Below are positions 1 through 12,967 of a stretch of 48,844 bases of DNA, piece by piece. Numbering within the stretch: the first letter of the stretch is position 1; every line of letters begins with the position of its first letter. The notes beneath the pieces were generated by a model. The model did no database searches. It was not told the origin of the DNA and was given only the letters and a program-made list of their open reading frames with translations. The stretch lies in NCBI GenBank assembly GCA_032718475.1, contig JAUCBJ010003387.1:1-48844 (forward strand), read 5' to 3'. Origin of the DNA: Nemertoderma westbladi (Eukaryota > Animalia > Xenacoelomorpha). The translations under genes were made by a program, and so were the position numbers.

Positions 1-555
1 ATGCGATGATCAAAAGCGAGCTCGATAGCAAGATAGAAAAGGGATAGCAGCGGTTGTTCCCCCGAGCCGCTGGAACTTGCAACTGCTGACGATTCCAGGT
101 CCATTATCGGTAGGTTTAGGTTTGAGTACCGAGGTCGGGCAACCGATCTATTTGTGCGATGGTTGCGTGGTCTCATACCAACGTCGTGCACACGCCATTC
201 GCTCCAATCTCTGAAACACAATGCCCCAAATATTCTTGCCTCTAACGTTGTGTATTCATTCTATTGTCCCTCTTGTTAATATAATATGGAATATGTTGGA
301 CACACTATCCAACACTTTTTGACGCGTTAGACAGCACCAGGATTGGACTGCTAAAGATGGTAGTGAATAAGGCAAGCCTGTACACAACCACATCATGACA
401 GATCGTCGCGTGCTCAATACAGGTTGGCTAACTGACTGGCGCGGGCTAATTAAACATTTCAAAGTAAATGCACGTTGATGTCTGTTCTGCAAAAGCTTGA
501 AATGTATTATATTCGCACGCGCCGTGCCATTATCAACAAGCATAAACGTGATTGA
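1..555 (+). mobile_element. Degraded 3' end of a Penelope-like retroelement (GIY-YIG endonuclease domain), truncated by the window edge
   Basis: Manual + strand translation gives ...ASNVVYSFYCPSC*YNMEYVGHTIQHFLTR*, then KPVHNHIM and, after a frameshift, LQKLEMYYIRTRRAIINK. This matches the Penelope EN pattern (VVY-x-C-x2-C...YVG-x-T...R...H...LE...I...N). It has multiple stops and frameshifts. Confidence 0.7.
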
Positions 556-1054
556 CGCTAGTTTGCGGTGCTGCTTCCCAGTGGATAGTTACTGGACTAG
601 ACTCTAAATGTCATTTTTTGGCTTGGCCTCCTGAGAATATCTTCCTTCATGAGGCGAAACCTACCGGACAACTTACTGCCGTCAGCTGTTCACTAATTGC
701 ATGCCACCATCTAGGTCCAGTTGCTTTTTGGCGTTTTACATACTTTGGTCCTTACTTGGATACCTAGCGGTAGGTTTTTTACTTAAATTGCTTGATAATT
801 ATAATAAATAATATAATTATCAATTCATATTAATGTTTCTTCATGTGTTCACTTCAATCTATTAGTATTATATTAATTTATAATATTATAATATGGTGGT
901 ATTGTATGCATAATGTTAGGGTGTTATCAAATTTTGATTGTTTCATTCATAAATGAAACAATATAAATTAATATCTATAATTGAAATATTTTTTATAATT
1001 TACTATTATAAATTACAAGCAAACGCAATTAGACACAAATTATTAATATATTAA

Positions 1055-2150
1055 GGGGAGTAGTACAAGCCTCCAATTTTTTTTTTTTTTTTTCTGTTTC
1101 ATCTAGAGCAAATTTTTATCAAGATTCCAAATTTGAAAACCGTTTAGCAAGATCTATCTTATTTCTCGAGATATTAATTTGAGAGATGAAGCGGTAGGTA
1201 TGGTAGATATGGCTGTCTGTCCGATTGACTGTCGGTTTGTCCGTCAGTATGTCTGTCCATCAATAAAAAGCAAACTATCCGTCTAAAAAATTCCCTATGG
1301 GTTTTCGTGGTCGGCCTCGTCGTTTCTGTCTGTCTGTATGCCTGTCAGTCTGTCTGTCTGTCAAAATATAACCGACAGACTGACTGCCAAACTGACAATT
1401 TGAAAGTCTTCAAATGTTAAAACTGACACTCGAAATGAATTCTGCGACCACGAAAACCCCTCTAGTTATACTTTTAACTAGATTGTATGCCCTTTTCTTA
1501 TATCTGACGGACAGATTGTCGGATAGGCAGAAAGACCGACAGACAGACATACAGACAAATAAGATTTCATTAAAAGTGAAAACTGATCACAGAAATGAAA
1601 TCAGCGACCAGGAAAACCCCATAGCAAAAATCTTAGCATGGTTTTGTTTTGCTAGGTATATATTGATAGACATTATTTCATAATAACAGCCAGTTTTTGC
1701 GCGGGAAAGTTCAAAATTTATCTGGATTTTTCTCAAAATGAGTTTTTAGAATTCTTTCGGTACATGTTTCTCAGCTGCCATTTGAGATTAGACTTAAATA
1801 TTTCTCACTAGGATCATTTTTTTTACCTTTAGAATAACGTTAGAATAAAGTAAACCAATTACTTTTTTGTATTATGTACGCACAAGCACCGAATCGTGTG
1901 ATTTTAATGTTTGTGACACTAATTGTTTAGCTATTTTTTTAGGTCAATTAGGTCCATTTTTCAAAAAAATAAGCTAAATATATGAAAAAAAATTGAAATT
2001 CGAAAAACCAATTGGTCTACCTGAAAGCCCGTTAAATTCCGGTTGGAATGTATGAACAGTTGGCCTATAAAGTAATCTGATGCGTTCTAAAATGGAACCG
2101 AGGCTTAATAGGTAGTAGTTTGTATGGGTAAAATGCCTGTACTACTCCCC
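1055..2150. mobile_element. Non-autonomous DNA transposon, Kolobok-like (TTAA TSD, purine-purine termini)
   Basis: TTAA at 1051-1054 and 2151-2154 flanks TIRs GGGGAGTAGTACAAGC / GCCTGTACTACTCCCC (15/16). Internal inverted (TGTC)n/(GACA)n blocks are present and there is no transposase ORF. The superfamily is inferred from the termini. Confidence 0.75.
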
Positions 2151-2214
2151 TTAAGCTTGCGGTACTAACATTACCTAAATCAAATGTGCTGTCAATGAAT
2201 GTCTAGATAAAGTG

Positions 2215-2831
2215 TCGATCTAGGAACGGTTGTCATGGTAACTGTGACTGGAAACAAGTTCAATGAACACACTACTGTATGTACGATATAGCGGGGGTAT
2301 GTTGAAACAGTACCATCATATAGTAATTGATTGATTAGGTCGATGGATGCTATGATAGACTACAGTAGTTACCTTAGCAACGGTTGTCGTAATAACTGTG
2401 ACACCCGAATTCAATGCGCGATTTACTGAGGGAATGTTAATACTAAGATCGTATAAAGCATAAGTTGGTGTTGCTAAGGCGTCAACTGAAGATTACTGCC
2501 CCTAGAAACGATTGCCATGGTAACAGTGATTTGAGAATGAGCTCATCGAATTCGCAATCTTTGGTTTAGTTAAGTTTGGGGTAAATCCTGTAACCATGGT
2601 AACACGTCCCTCAACACGTGGTAACCATTGTGTTTAAAACATGGCAGCTGCAGATAAACACACCGGTAGCCATGGTAACACGATCTATTTGAAATGCTCA
2701 AGGTTGTTGGGGCGATACCCTCATAAATATTGTTTAGTAGGGTCTAACGAGTACTAAACCGATGAAACATTTTATGGGTATATATAGAAAATCACGGTTC
2801 ACCAAAATCTATGCATTTTGCTGCCAGACTA
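2215..2831. repeat. Interspersed-repeat fragment rich in CATGGTAAC / RFX X-box-like motifs
   Basis: CATGGTAAC or near-variants recur at about 2236, 2516, 2595, 2617 and 2671, plus TTAGCAAC/GTTGCTAAG. No paired termini were found. Confidence 0.4.
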
Positions 2832-3712
2832 TCATATTTATTAATTATTATTGGCCCTATATAGTACATACTGTTTATTTTCCACGGTCATACAGTAAGT
2901 ACTGTATTATTCATTTCATTTAATTTTACTAGTAGTTAGTAAAGTTTTCATTGAATGATAGTGGGTGCTTTAAAATAAGCAGGCCGTCTGTAAAACTATT
3001 ACTGTGGCATGTTTGTGTGAGTTGATAATTAATAACGTTTATAATTAATGTAATTATACAGTTAGTTGTGTCAAAATTTATATTTTAACTTTAGGATATG
3101 GGATAGTGTCCCACTCTGTGAAAGGTTTTCACACAGTGATCGTGATCCCGGTGTGTGAAAAGTAGCACTTTTCAGCGTTCTGATCTCAGTGTATATATGT
3201 ACCGAGCGAGCACAGAATGGGAAGTTTACATAAATAACTACTACAAACTACACTGTAGGTACTAGGTAGGTATGTAGGTACAGTAGATAGATAACTGGAT
3301 AACAGTATTACAGAATACTGAATTACATAATTTGAGTGTTGTCCTGACATTTTGATTGCTGTCCCCACATGTTTAACTGTTTTCCTACGACTTGTCGGCG
3401 TTATGCGGAGCCGAAATTTTGCAGAATTACAATTAGGAGTTAGGACTGCGATCTAATGTACTTCACTTTTATTTGTTGCCATTTTTGACTGTGATGAACA
3501 GTAGTGTCAAAGAATTCCTCTAAAATTTCACTATCAGAAGTAAAACTCAAGTGATTAGCGTAGTGGTTTGAGCAGTTGCCTTGTATTCACCCGGAGGTGG
3601 TGGGGGCGAGGACGACCCCACCCCACCCCACCCCCCCCCCCCCCCCCCCCCCCCCCAAGGGGGCTAGGGCAGTTTTCGTTTGGTATGAGGGCTCATTTAG
3701 TCCTATACTCAG

Positions 3713-5188
3713 TAGGGTGGCTCTTAAAAACCGAAAATGTGATTTTTTTGATCGCTCAGGGTGTCAATTGGGTCCATTCCATGAGAAAACACACCAAAAA
3801 AAATTTGAGCATCATATCTCAATTTTTAGGGTGTGCTCAAGCACATTGAAGTTTACAAATTTTAAGCGCGGCAGTCCACTGTGGGGTTTAAGCATTATTT
3901 TTCAAATATCAATTTGTTCATATAAAATACACTTTTCTATACAATTGGACGATGCTGATTCCGAATCTGCTTTCGGATTTGCTATAGCATGTCAAGTTCA
4001 CTCGCTGTAACCAATTCAAGTTTAAGTAAAGGTGCGATAAGAATCAGTTATAAGTTATTTAGTAATATTATAGGCAGTAGGTCCAGCATGGGTGGTCCAA
4101 AAAACTTATTTTTGAATTTCAACTCAGTTCGCACATCAGATGTCATCAAATGGGCCCAAACTTCGATAGATACCAAAGTTTTGATGGGGACGACAGGAAA
4201 TATTCCCATGGCAAGTTCCCGCCCTTGGCGCAAGTGAGTCATATCATGACCTACTATAACTCTAAAAATATGAGTTGAGTGATTACTTCTCGAGTTATTG
4301 TACAAAATGTCTGGACTGGGTCAACTCAATATAAGGTCATCAATTGGTGGACCTAGCCTTGATATTTTGTACAATAACTAGAGAAGTAATCACTCAACTC
4401 ATATTTTTAGAGTGTCAACATCCCCTAAATTGATCATTGCAGTTATCTGTAAATTCTTTAGCGTATTTGTCAATATCGCATCAAAGCGCTAATGTTGACT
4501 TGTACCGGACTTCACATTTTCTGCAATATCTCAAAAACTATTTGCTTTATGCTTGTTTTGAAGGTGACTACACCAACTAAATCGGTCATTGCGGTTCTAA
4601 TGAGGATAATATCAATGCAGTAGGAAAACTAGAAGTTGATCATCACAAAAATGGGGAATAGGACTCACTTGCCATCTGCATGTGGGAATATTTCCCGTCA
4701 TCCCCAAATCAAAACTTTGGCATCTATCGAAATTTGGGCCCATTTGATGACATCTGATGTGCGAACTGAGTTGAAATTCAAAAATAAGTTTTTTGGACCA
4801 CCCATGCTGGACCTACTGCCACCCTATAATATTACTATATAACTTATAACTGATTCTTATCGCAGCTTTACTTAAACTTGAATTGGTTACAGCGAGTGAA
4901 CTTGACATGCTATACCTATAGCAAATCTGAAAGCAGATTCGGAACCAGCATCGTCCAATTGTATAGAAAAGTGTATTTTATATGAACAAATTGATATTTT
5001 AAAAATAATGCTTAAACCCACAGTGGACTGCCGCGCTTAAAATTTGTAAACTTCAATGTGCTTGAGCACACCCTAAAAATTGAGATATGATGCTCAAATT
5101 TTTTTTGGTGTGTATTCTCATGGAATGGACCCAATTGACACCCTGAGCGATCAAAAAATCAGATTTTCGATTTTTAAGAGTCACCCTA
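3713..5188. mobile_element. Foldback (near-palindromic) non-autonomous hAT-type transposon
   Basis: TAGGGTG...CACCCTA termini, an exact 8-bp TSD ATACTCAG (3705-3712, 5189-5196), about 520-bp inverted arms, and a second internal inverted repeat (about 4258-4310 vs 4362-4412). Confidence 0.9.
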
Positions 5189-5746
5189 ATACTCAGTAGT
5201 TGGTAGGCGGCCACTAATTACAACTTTATCTCCAAGGAAAGCCGTATTTTGACACATCATTCCAATTAAAAAAAAGTTGCTCGATTCGTGCACTTTGCCG
5301 ATCTAACCTCACCACTACCGGTCAGAAGGCCATTACTACGAAAAATTACTAAAACATTATCACCGTAAGTTTAACAATCTCACCTTGCTTTCCTTAAAGT
5401 CTTAATGATGTGGTTGGTACATCTGTCAATCTTTATGATTGACAGATTTGTTTGTAATTACCGCAAGCGCAGGACCTAAATGCCATTGAAACGTGGGGAA
5501 AACGTATGAAAAATAAAATTTGGAATCTGGCTTTGTTCATGCTTTCTTGTCAATTTGAAGATTAATTTTAAATTGTTAGTCGCTCGCTTGACGTTTTCGT
5601 TTGATAGCGTTGTGGGATGGGAGGGGGTGGGGGCACCTCCATCTGGGTACGTTAGTGGTTATTGCTGCAATAAATAAGAACCATATAATCATTGACTGGT
5701 CATATTATAACCCTTGGCTAATCACGAGAATCGATTGTTCACTCAC

Positions 5747-5983
5747 CTCAATATGATCGTAGATAGTCCATGCAATACTACTCTGGAAACCAGTGCTAGT
5801 CACCGTGCTAACGTTGTAGTGGTCTGCGATCAACCTCACTTCGTCGGTAGACCTTTCCGTTCCCAATATGAACGACAAGTCCTGAATGTCGCAGGGGAAA
5901 CACGCTAACTCCATGCGTTCGTAGAATACACCCCGTTGGCGACGTTTAAGGACAACCCAAGGAATAGAATCTTCTATGACAAC
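5747..5983 (-). CDS. Exon 3 of a Cys-less (Pro-loop) pentameric ligand-gated ion channel subunit
   Basis: Acceptor tttttaag, donor gtgagt, 237 nt, phase 0/0. It encodes ...RGVFYERMELACFPCDIQDLSFIL..., i.e. the [FY]PxD loop without the canonical Cys pair. Confidence 0.8.
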
Positions 5984-6214
5984 CTTAAAAATGAAGAAAT
6001 ACAGCTTGTCGTGAAATATATGTAGTCCTAGCTACTGTACCACACACTACCCATCATCAATTTCAACATCAGCATCAATTCATTCAAGCTAGGGAATAAC
6101 TACTAGAACTAACATATGATATAGTGACATAAGGTACAAATGCGAAATGCCTTGGGACATACACGAAATGGTCGTTCTAGACTCTCCATTCATGACTTTA
6201 ATTTGGATGGTTAA

Positions 6215-6521
6215 CTTTGCGTACCAAAACTAAAAATAGGTGGCAGTGTGGCAGGACCCTGCTCATAATGGCGGCAGTGTGCCGCCTTTATATAATTATA
6301 ACTTAACCCCCAGCAGGGCGGCAGTGTGCCGCCTTAATGGGGTTCAAATGAAAGATTTAAAAATTTGCCACCTTTTAGGGTAGAATAAGTACTAATATGA
6401 TTATACTCTTTATATAAAAATCTCTGATAGGACAACAAAATAAACCTTGGTTCGATCAAATATATTTTTCTTGGTCCTTGGAAATAAAAATGTATGTAAT
6501 TTATCTTTGGTACGCAAAGGG
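6215..6521. mobile_element. piggyBac-like MITE in the channel intron
   Basis: TTAA|CTTTGCGTACCAAA ... TTTGGTACGCAAAGGG|TTAA (the left end lacks two C). Two internal GGCGGCAGTGTGCCGCC hairpin motifs. Confidence 0.65.
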
Positions 6522-6642
6522 TTAAATTATATATTATTGATACAGTAAATATGTAAAAGTATAGTATAGTATAAAAAATTTATCTAAGTTAATCACATCG
6601 CCAGCTTCAGTTATAGGTTGGTAGAACTCCGTAAATGCTAAC

Positions 6643-6861
6643 CTTTTTCCAACATTCACTCCTGAATGGCTCTCCATCCTTGTTAATAAACGTTAGACAG
6701 GGGTCCCAGAAGTTCTCCCACGCTATGGCACTCTGCTGCTCTGCTGTAAAATTTTTAAATGCGAGTTCTTTCCATCGGGCGCGAACAATAATATCGGCAA
6801 CAAAAACCTCATTCACGGTATCAACAACTCCAAGGTTCAACACAGCAAACTTTACAAACAC
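6643..6861 (-). CDS. Exon 2 of the Cys-less pLGIC subunit (extracellular beta1-beta4 region)
   Basis: Acceptor ttccag, donor gttagc, 219 nt, phase 0/0. VFVKFAVLNLGVVDTVNEVFVADIIVRARWKE...WDPCLTFIN matches pLGIC extracellular-domain motifs (WxD/E, WxPxL). Confidence 0.8.
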
Positions 6862-7128
6862 CTGGAATTTGTAAACACAGGCCACCGTAAGTTACCCTAA
6901 GTTACTTCTACTTGACACCGGGCTTGAAGAGCGGTTAATCTCGTGAAAGACATGGGGGATAGGGAGTTGTGGCATAGCATTCTTAAAGCACGCTGCATTG
7001 GGCTTACCAATTGTGTATTGCATGGTGGTGACAAAATGTTTTTGTTAAGCCAACATAGCATCTCAATGTGCAGTTTCAATGCAGCAGACCGATTATAGTA
7101 GGCCTAGTATAGTACTGTAGTAACTTGC

Positions 7129-8709
7129 TTGGGCAGCCACCAAACATCGAGGTCAGCCCTACAAGGAAAATATATGACTGACAAGACACTACCTATAGAG
7201 ACAGGGGACTTCACACCTGCCGAACTCCAAAAAAGCATTAAAAGCATGTCCATTAATAAAGCGAGTGGATTAGATGAAATCCCAGCGGAGGTATGGAAAA
7301 CAGGAGTGCTAAACAGACCATTATTGAATGTTTGCAACCGGATGTTAAAAGGGGAAAAGCCTGCACCAATTTGGACTAAAGGTCAACTAAAGCCTCTCCC
7401 CAAGAAAGGAGACCTCGGCATACCAACAAACTATCGTGGGATCTGTCTGCTTGTGGTAGCTGCCAAAATATACAATAAAATGATTCTATATAGGATTAGG
7501 CCTCACATAGAGAAACTACTGCGTAAGAGCCAAAACGGATTTCAACCAAGTAGATCAACAATAGCTCAGATACTTGCACTACGGAGACTGATTGAAGGAA
7601 TTAAGTCAAAGAATCTCCTCGCAGTCATGACTTTTGTGGACTTCAAGAAGGCATTCGACTCCATACATAGAGGTAAAATGCTTGAAATCCTACGAGCTTA
7701 TGGAATACCAGAAGTAATTGTTGCTGGCATTGGATTGTTATATTGTGAAACAGAAGCACAGGTACTCTCACCAGATGGTGAAACTCAATCCTGGCTGGCG
7801 TACTGCAAGGTGACACATTAGCACCATTACTATTTGTAATTGTGCTGGATTACGCAATAAGGACGGCCACAAAGGGTGAAGATCGGGGATTCACACTTCA
7901 AGAACGCAGAAGTACTAGATATCCGGCAACTACAGTCACAGACACCGACTTTGCGGATGACAGCGCCCTGTTCTCTAATACGATAGTAGATGCACAGCTT
8001 CTTCTAAATAAAGTGGAGAGGGCTGCTAAGGAGGTTGGATTGCATATAAATGCTACCAAGACCGAATTCATGACCTTTAATGTTGATGGAAACTTGACAA
8101 CCATTGATAATAATCAACTAAGGAAGGTCGACGACTTCCAGTACCTAGGATCTTGGATGGAGAGCAGGAAAAGGACATAGAAGTTAGGAAAGCAAAGGCT
8201 TGGGTAGCTCTATCAAAAATGGATACCATCTGGAAATCAGATCTCTCCAGGCACCTGAAGACTAAGTTCTTTCGAGCCACAGTGGAAAGTGTATTTTTAT
8301 ACGGGGGTGAGACCTGGACACTGACTAAATCACTTGAACAACGAATTGATGGTTGCTACACAAGACTACTAAGGGCAGCCCTAAACATCAGCTGGAGACA
8401 ACACATCACAAACGCCGAGCTTTATGGTACAATACCACCTGTATCAACCACCCTCCGTGAACGCAGATTAAGATTCAGTGGGCACTGCTGGCGAAGTAAA
8501 GACGAGGTCATACCAGATCTACTTTTCTGGCAACCAACTCATGGAAAGCGTAGTAGTGGACGACCGGCCATAACATATATAGATCAACTTGAAAGGGATA
8601 CTGAACTTGGGAGAAACGAAATTGCGACAACTATGGAGTTAATCGGGAAGCCTGGAAGGATCTCACTTCCACTGTCCGAGTTCGCTCGACCTAGTAGTAG
8701 TAGTAGTAG
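7129..8709 (+). mobile_element. 5'-truncated, frameshifted RTE-clade LINE (reverse transcriptase), antisense in channel intron 1
   Basis: Three ORF pieces carry KASGLDEIP, LPKKGD, NYRGICL, QNGF, FVDFKKAFDSIHR, GVLQGDTLAP, DFADD, FQYLGS and YGGETW. A (TAG)6 tail lies at 8692-8709. Confidence 0.92.
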
Positions 8710-9129
8710 GTCTATAGTACTAGTACTTCAACTTCCACTTTAAAAGTTTAGGAATACTTAACGATTAGGCCTAATCAAAAGAACTTTGCACACTATTTCC
8801 GTGCAAAGTTGAACCTTTTCGTACAAAGTTGAACCTTATAAACGTTGTGCGGTCAATGTATCGACACTGTGGTACAATGGCGGCACAACGTAATGCCTAC
8901 ACTGTTGGTACGGTGTCGGTACAACTTTTACACCAATAGAAATGCTACTTTAAGAATCATAATGCTGAAATGATAACATTGCAATATTCAATTAATGATT
9001 TAACAGATTGTTACTTAAAGAATTAAATGTGGATATACGAGGGGTGTGCACACAGTATTGTTACATATAGCCAGTAGGCCTACTATTATAGCGTTTAATA
9101 ATCTTTTTATTATAATAAATCTGATTTAC

Positions 9130-9510
9130 CGTGACAGGTTCCGGTCTGAAGTGTATCAAAGAATGCGTCCTGGTTCTGGATGGGGAGGGTTCTATTTCTT
9201 CCGTATGAACAACTCTTTGTATAAACGGCTGAGTCACTGTCTCAGTCAAAGCCAACATATTTTCTGTAACGTAAATCTGCAAGGTTTCCAGTAAATCCAT
9301 AGGAGAGTCCCCATATATATCACCCGCTTTCTTATCTGCTTCGTACTCAGACTCATTGTCTAACAGCTTTCCCTTAATCACATCATGTACAGCGACTTCT
9401 ATGGCGCTTAAAGAACTCCTTCCAAAATGCCGAAGAGCGTGACTTTCTGAGTTGCTACAACTCCCTTCCAACTGATTCCAGTACACTGACTTTTTGAATC
9501 CAACTGCCAT
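9130..9510 (-). CDS. Probable exon 1 of the Cys-less pLGIC subunit
   Basis: ATG at 9510 opens 127 codons to a phase-0 donor (ACG|gtaaat). It joins in frame to exon 2 as ...RPEPVT|VFVKF..., the usual pre-beta1 'P-x-x-V-x-V' pattern. Confidence 0.6.
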
Positions 9511-9996
9511 CTTTGTGTGTCAACAATCCCTGAGGATAATATGCCAGTTGTCAGCGTTCATCTGCGTTTTTTTTTAATGTTTAAAATAGCAACAAATAGG
9601 TATTCGGTATTTCCCGAATGGAAAAGTAGAAAAGAATACGGAATTGGCCGTGTATTTTTAAGAATAGTAATAAAATCAATTTAAGTCATAGAAACAGAAC
9701 CCTGTTGTACGAGGATTATGACCAAAAATTGCCAACAATTAGTACCGGTAGATAGTAAAAAAAGTAGCTAGTAAAATTGTAAAAAAATGTAACAAATTTA
9801 TTAATTTAAATATGTGAAATGTGTCTGTCTGTGTTTCAGTTGCAATTTTTTACTAGCTAATATTTTTTCATTTTTTCGTAACCACAACATCATATCTTAT
9901 AAAAGTCCGGACCAATAAAATCAGTACCAAAAATACTATCAAATATCAGTAGGAGCAATTTTGGCCTACGACATTAACCCTACGACATAGACTAAC

Positions 9997-10056
9997 TAGA
10001 AAGGGATGCTGGACTTGGGAGACGAAATTAGAGTTCGCTCAACCTAGTACAGTAGT
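9997..10056 (+). repeat. About 60-bp internally deleted 3'-end fragment of the same RTE family
   Basis: GAAAGGGATGCTGGACTTGGGAGACGAAATT + GAGTTCGCTCAACCTAGTA matches about 8591-8623 joined to about 8678-8696. Confidence 0.65.
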
Positions 10057-11397
10057 GTATTAGGAGTAACTATTGATACTATATTGTAAAAATAAAATAG
10101 CTGAACATTCTCAATTGGCTATTAGATGAAAAGTAGCGTAATGGCCTTTACAAGCTAAGCTAAGGTGCAAAATTATTTAAAAAACAAATTCAGACGATAG
10201 CTAATGGAATGAAACGAAAAACATACCATTTTCAAATTTACAATGCTGTCCCCCAAGTTAGCAAGTAAAATCCGGCAGCAAAATGCATAGTTTAAAAAGT
10301 CTTGAAAAAAACTACCCCAAGTCCAATTTTTAATAAACAAAGTTAAAAACAAAATAAAGTTCTAGAAAACGTATGGTAATTTATTTGTAACTATTGAAAC
10401 ACCAAAATATTAATTACATAATTATTAGTGAATAAAGACAAAGGAAATAAATCAATGTTCTTTAATTTTAGTTAAATTTAATAATAAAGTCAACACTGAC
10501 TTATATAATACATTATTCGCCAAGTGGAAATAAAGTAAATTTAGTTAACACCATACAAGGACAATAAAGGCGTTATATTAACACCGAAATTAATTATTGC
10601 TCTGTAACATACTGAGAAATAATGTCGCACAGCGGTGTAAAGTTACAAAATATGTCGCCCTGGCGATTTTGTAGTGCGAAATCCACACAAGTAAATAAAA
10701 ATTTAATATATTATATTATAATATCATATAGGGCCTATCGCTATAGTACCTATTTTTTCTATTTCGCTTTATATAACGGTATTTCACTATGGAAGAATCT
10801 TCGATTGACGATATTTATGCTGAAGTAGGCCCAGATAAAAGAGAGAGAACTTACAACAAATAAAACGACGTAAGTGGTGGAAAAAAGTAACATTTTTGTC
10901 TTGCTTTCTTATAGGTCTACGTTTTTTGTCACCACTTACATGTTAGTTATATCCAATCAAGGATCTATAAGTTGATTCTGTTGACTTTGCATTATTTATT
11001 CTAAACCAGTAATTAATTACGTTGATAATTATTACTAAATTTACCATTAAACTGTTTAGTAAACATTTAGTTTTGCTCCAGTATCTAGTGTAATCAAATT
11101 TTTTGTTTGATTATTTGATTAACGTTCTGGAATATGACCTAAACTCACAAAGATAAGCTAGTATATATAGTAGCTAGTATAATTTAATCACACAATGAAT
11201 GGTGCAGAATTTACCTCAAATTTTCGTAACTTTAAACTTCTAATTCAAAAGTAAATACTTTAAAGAAAACTATATCTTTTACAAAAAGAAAGTCCTCCTT
11301 ATAATCCACATTTTCGAGGAATAGTTAAAGCATATTTTTTTCGAGGCCGAAGGCCGAGGAATGAATGCATCGCACAGGTAACGGTTACGACACCGAA

Positions 11398-12342
11398 TTA
11401 TTTCTTCGTTATTTTCTTAATAAGTTTTTCGGCCTCGACTACGGCTTCCTTATCCTCCTCCTTCTTGACTTCGTAGCTCTCGACGAGTCGAGTAAGATGG
11501 AGGAGTGCTAGACGATCATTGCCGAGCTCCTTGTAGCAAAGTCCGAGATGTAGGAGGTTCATACTGTAGAAGTTGGGTTGGACTTCCTCGGCGCGGAGAA
11601 AGTTCTCCAGAGCTTCTTCGAACGATGACTCGGGTACTTTGGCGAAGATTGTGGAGGCGATTCGCTTCTGTATCCAGTTCATACTCGCCACCTGGAAGTG
11701 CCATCGACCCAGCAGATGGTGGACGGTTGGATCCCTGGGCTTCAGTTTACACGCGATATCGAAATGATTCCGAATCTTGTAGCTATTCTCGATCTTGTTC
11801 TTGTAGCCCTCGTATTCTCCAACTTCGGACAGCATTATCGCGTACCACTTGTGACACGCCCAGTTCCCTTCCCCGTGGGACAGACCGCGTTCCGCGCAAC
11901 GTAAACCCTGCAGGAACAGCTGTTGCGCCGCATCCGATGGGGTTTTAGGGTTGGATTTAACAATTTCTCTGTGGGCACGAGCTAACCTCCATAGAATCTC
12001 CGGGTTGTCGCTGTCTTTGAATTCAACTAGAAGTTCAAATAATTCCTCTGCTTTATTATCTTCATACAGCTGATCAGCTCTGTCCAGCACTTCCTGATCT
12101 TTAGGTTTAGATCTAACTGCCTTCACAGTTTCTTCTTCCTCTTCGGTTTTCTTCTTCCATGGTAAGGTGAGCGCCAACAGTAACGGTGCAGTACTTCCAA
12201 ACCAACCTTGATTCGGGTTGGCGCGACTATTAGAATGATTGGAGTTGCAGCCTTTATTGACCAGGTAACCACGGCGACCAGTGACTCTTTCAGTAGTGAT
12301 CACTCTTCGGGATAAAAGGCGAGAAACTGATAGGGAAGCCAT
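11398..12342 (-). CDS. RMDN1: Regulator of microtubule dynamics (RMDN/FAM82 family) protein, 314 aa, single exon
   Basis: Motifs EILWRLARA, CHKWYAI, HLLGRW, WIQKRIASTIF and NFLRAEEVQPNF. The first ATG is at 12342 (the ORF track's GTG start is unlikely). The N-terminus is Arg/Ser-rich and resembles a mitochondrial presequence. Confidence 0.9.
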   Translation of the reverse strand: MASLSVSRLLSRRVITTERVTGRRGYLVNKGCNSNHSNSRANPNQGWFGSTAPLLLALTLPWKKKTEEEEETVKAVRSKPKDQEVLDRADQLYEDNKAEELFELLVEFKDSDNPEILWRLARAHREIVKSNPKTPSDAAQQLFLQGLRCAERGLSHGEGNWACHKWYAIMLSEVGEYEGYKNKIENSYKIRNHFDIACKLKPRDPTVHHLLGRWHFQVASMNWIQKRIASTIFAKVPESSFEEALENFLRAEEVQPNFYSMNLLHLGLCYKELGNDRLALLHLTRLVESYEVKKEEDKEAVVEAEKLIKKITKK

Positions 12343-12967
12343 TGCATTACTAATAGCGAAGCTAGTATATACTAAAATAATATACTCCACTCAGCAGTTA
12401 CAAAACATTGATAAGGAGCCGATATATTTAATTTTTGTTTTACTTATAAAATCGTTTCAATGCTGCAATGCGTCGAGTTTATTAAATAAATTAAAACTAA
12501 ATGACTAATTACCTACTAATTTACTAATTATCTACAATATTATAACCTAATTCAAATTTTATGTTCTAAAATAAACGTTGTTTTTTATTCAATCAAATGG
12601 AAAAATATTAGCAGCGGACAACCCAAATTATAAATTGAACCTTACTTTGTATATTTCACACAATTGTATTGTAAGTACAAAAAATTACGTCAGTACATAA
12701 ACTTAATAATAGGCCAACTGTAATATGAATATGTAAGCAGGTGGTTTTATGCTGGGTTGCTAGACTGTAGATAAGCCTATCTGACTATTGTTTTTCTTTT
12801 GTCAATTTTTTTTATTATTTTTCTCACCATAGCACATCGTGTTCGGGTTGGCTAGCTAACTATTTTTCAGCTAATGAAAAAGGTTTTTGGCTTGTAGAAT
12901 AATAGCGATTTAATGTATTTGTGTAAGTACGCCCGTACCGGTAATGGTGCAAAGAAAGTTCATTTCC

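Noticed and set aside
625-777. Hammerhead ribozyme in the Penelope pLTR (CTGAGAA...GAAAC with AAACCTACCG/CGGTAGGTTT stem)
   Set aside because: The core deviates from CUGANGA and no convincing stem I is present; at most a decayed relic.
3568-4842. Short ORFs, including poly-Pro ones and duplicated 'IWAHLMTSDVRTEL' peptides
   Set aside because: They arise from a poly-C tract and from the mirrored arms of the foldback element.
5383-5429. Possible exon 4 of the Pro-loop channel (IDRCTNHIIKTLRKA, donor gtgag)
   Set aside because: Weak acceptor and no recognisable channel motif; no following TM exon was found.
8793-8938. Small MITE with AAAGTTGAACC / GGTACAACTTT inverted ends
   Set aside because: The termini are too degenerate and no clear TSD is visible.
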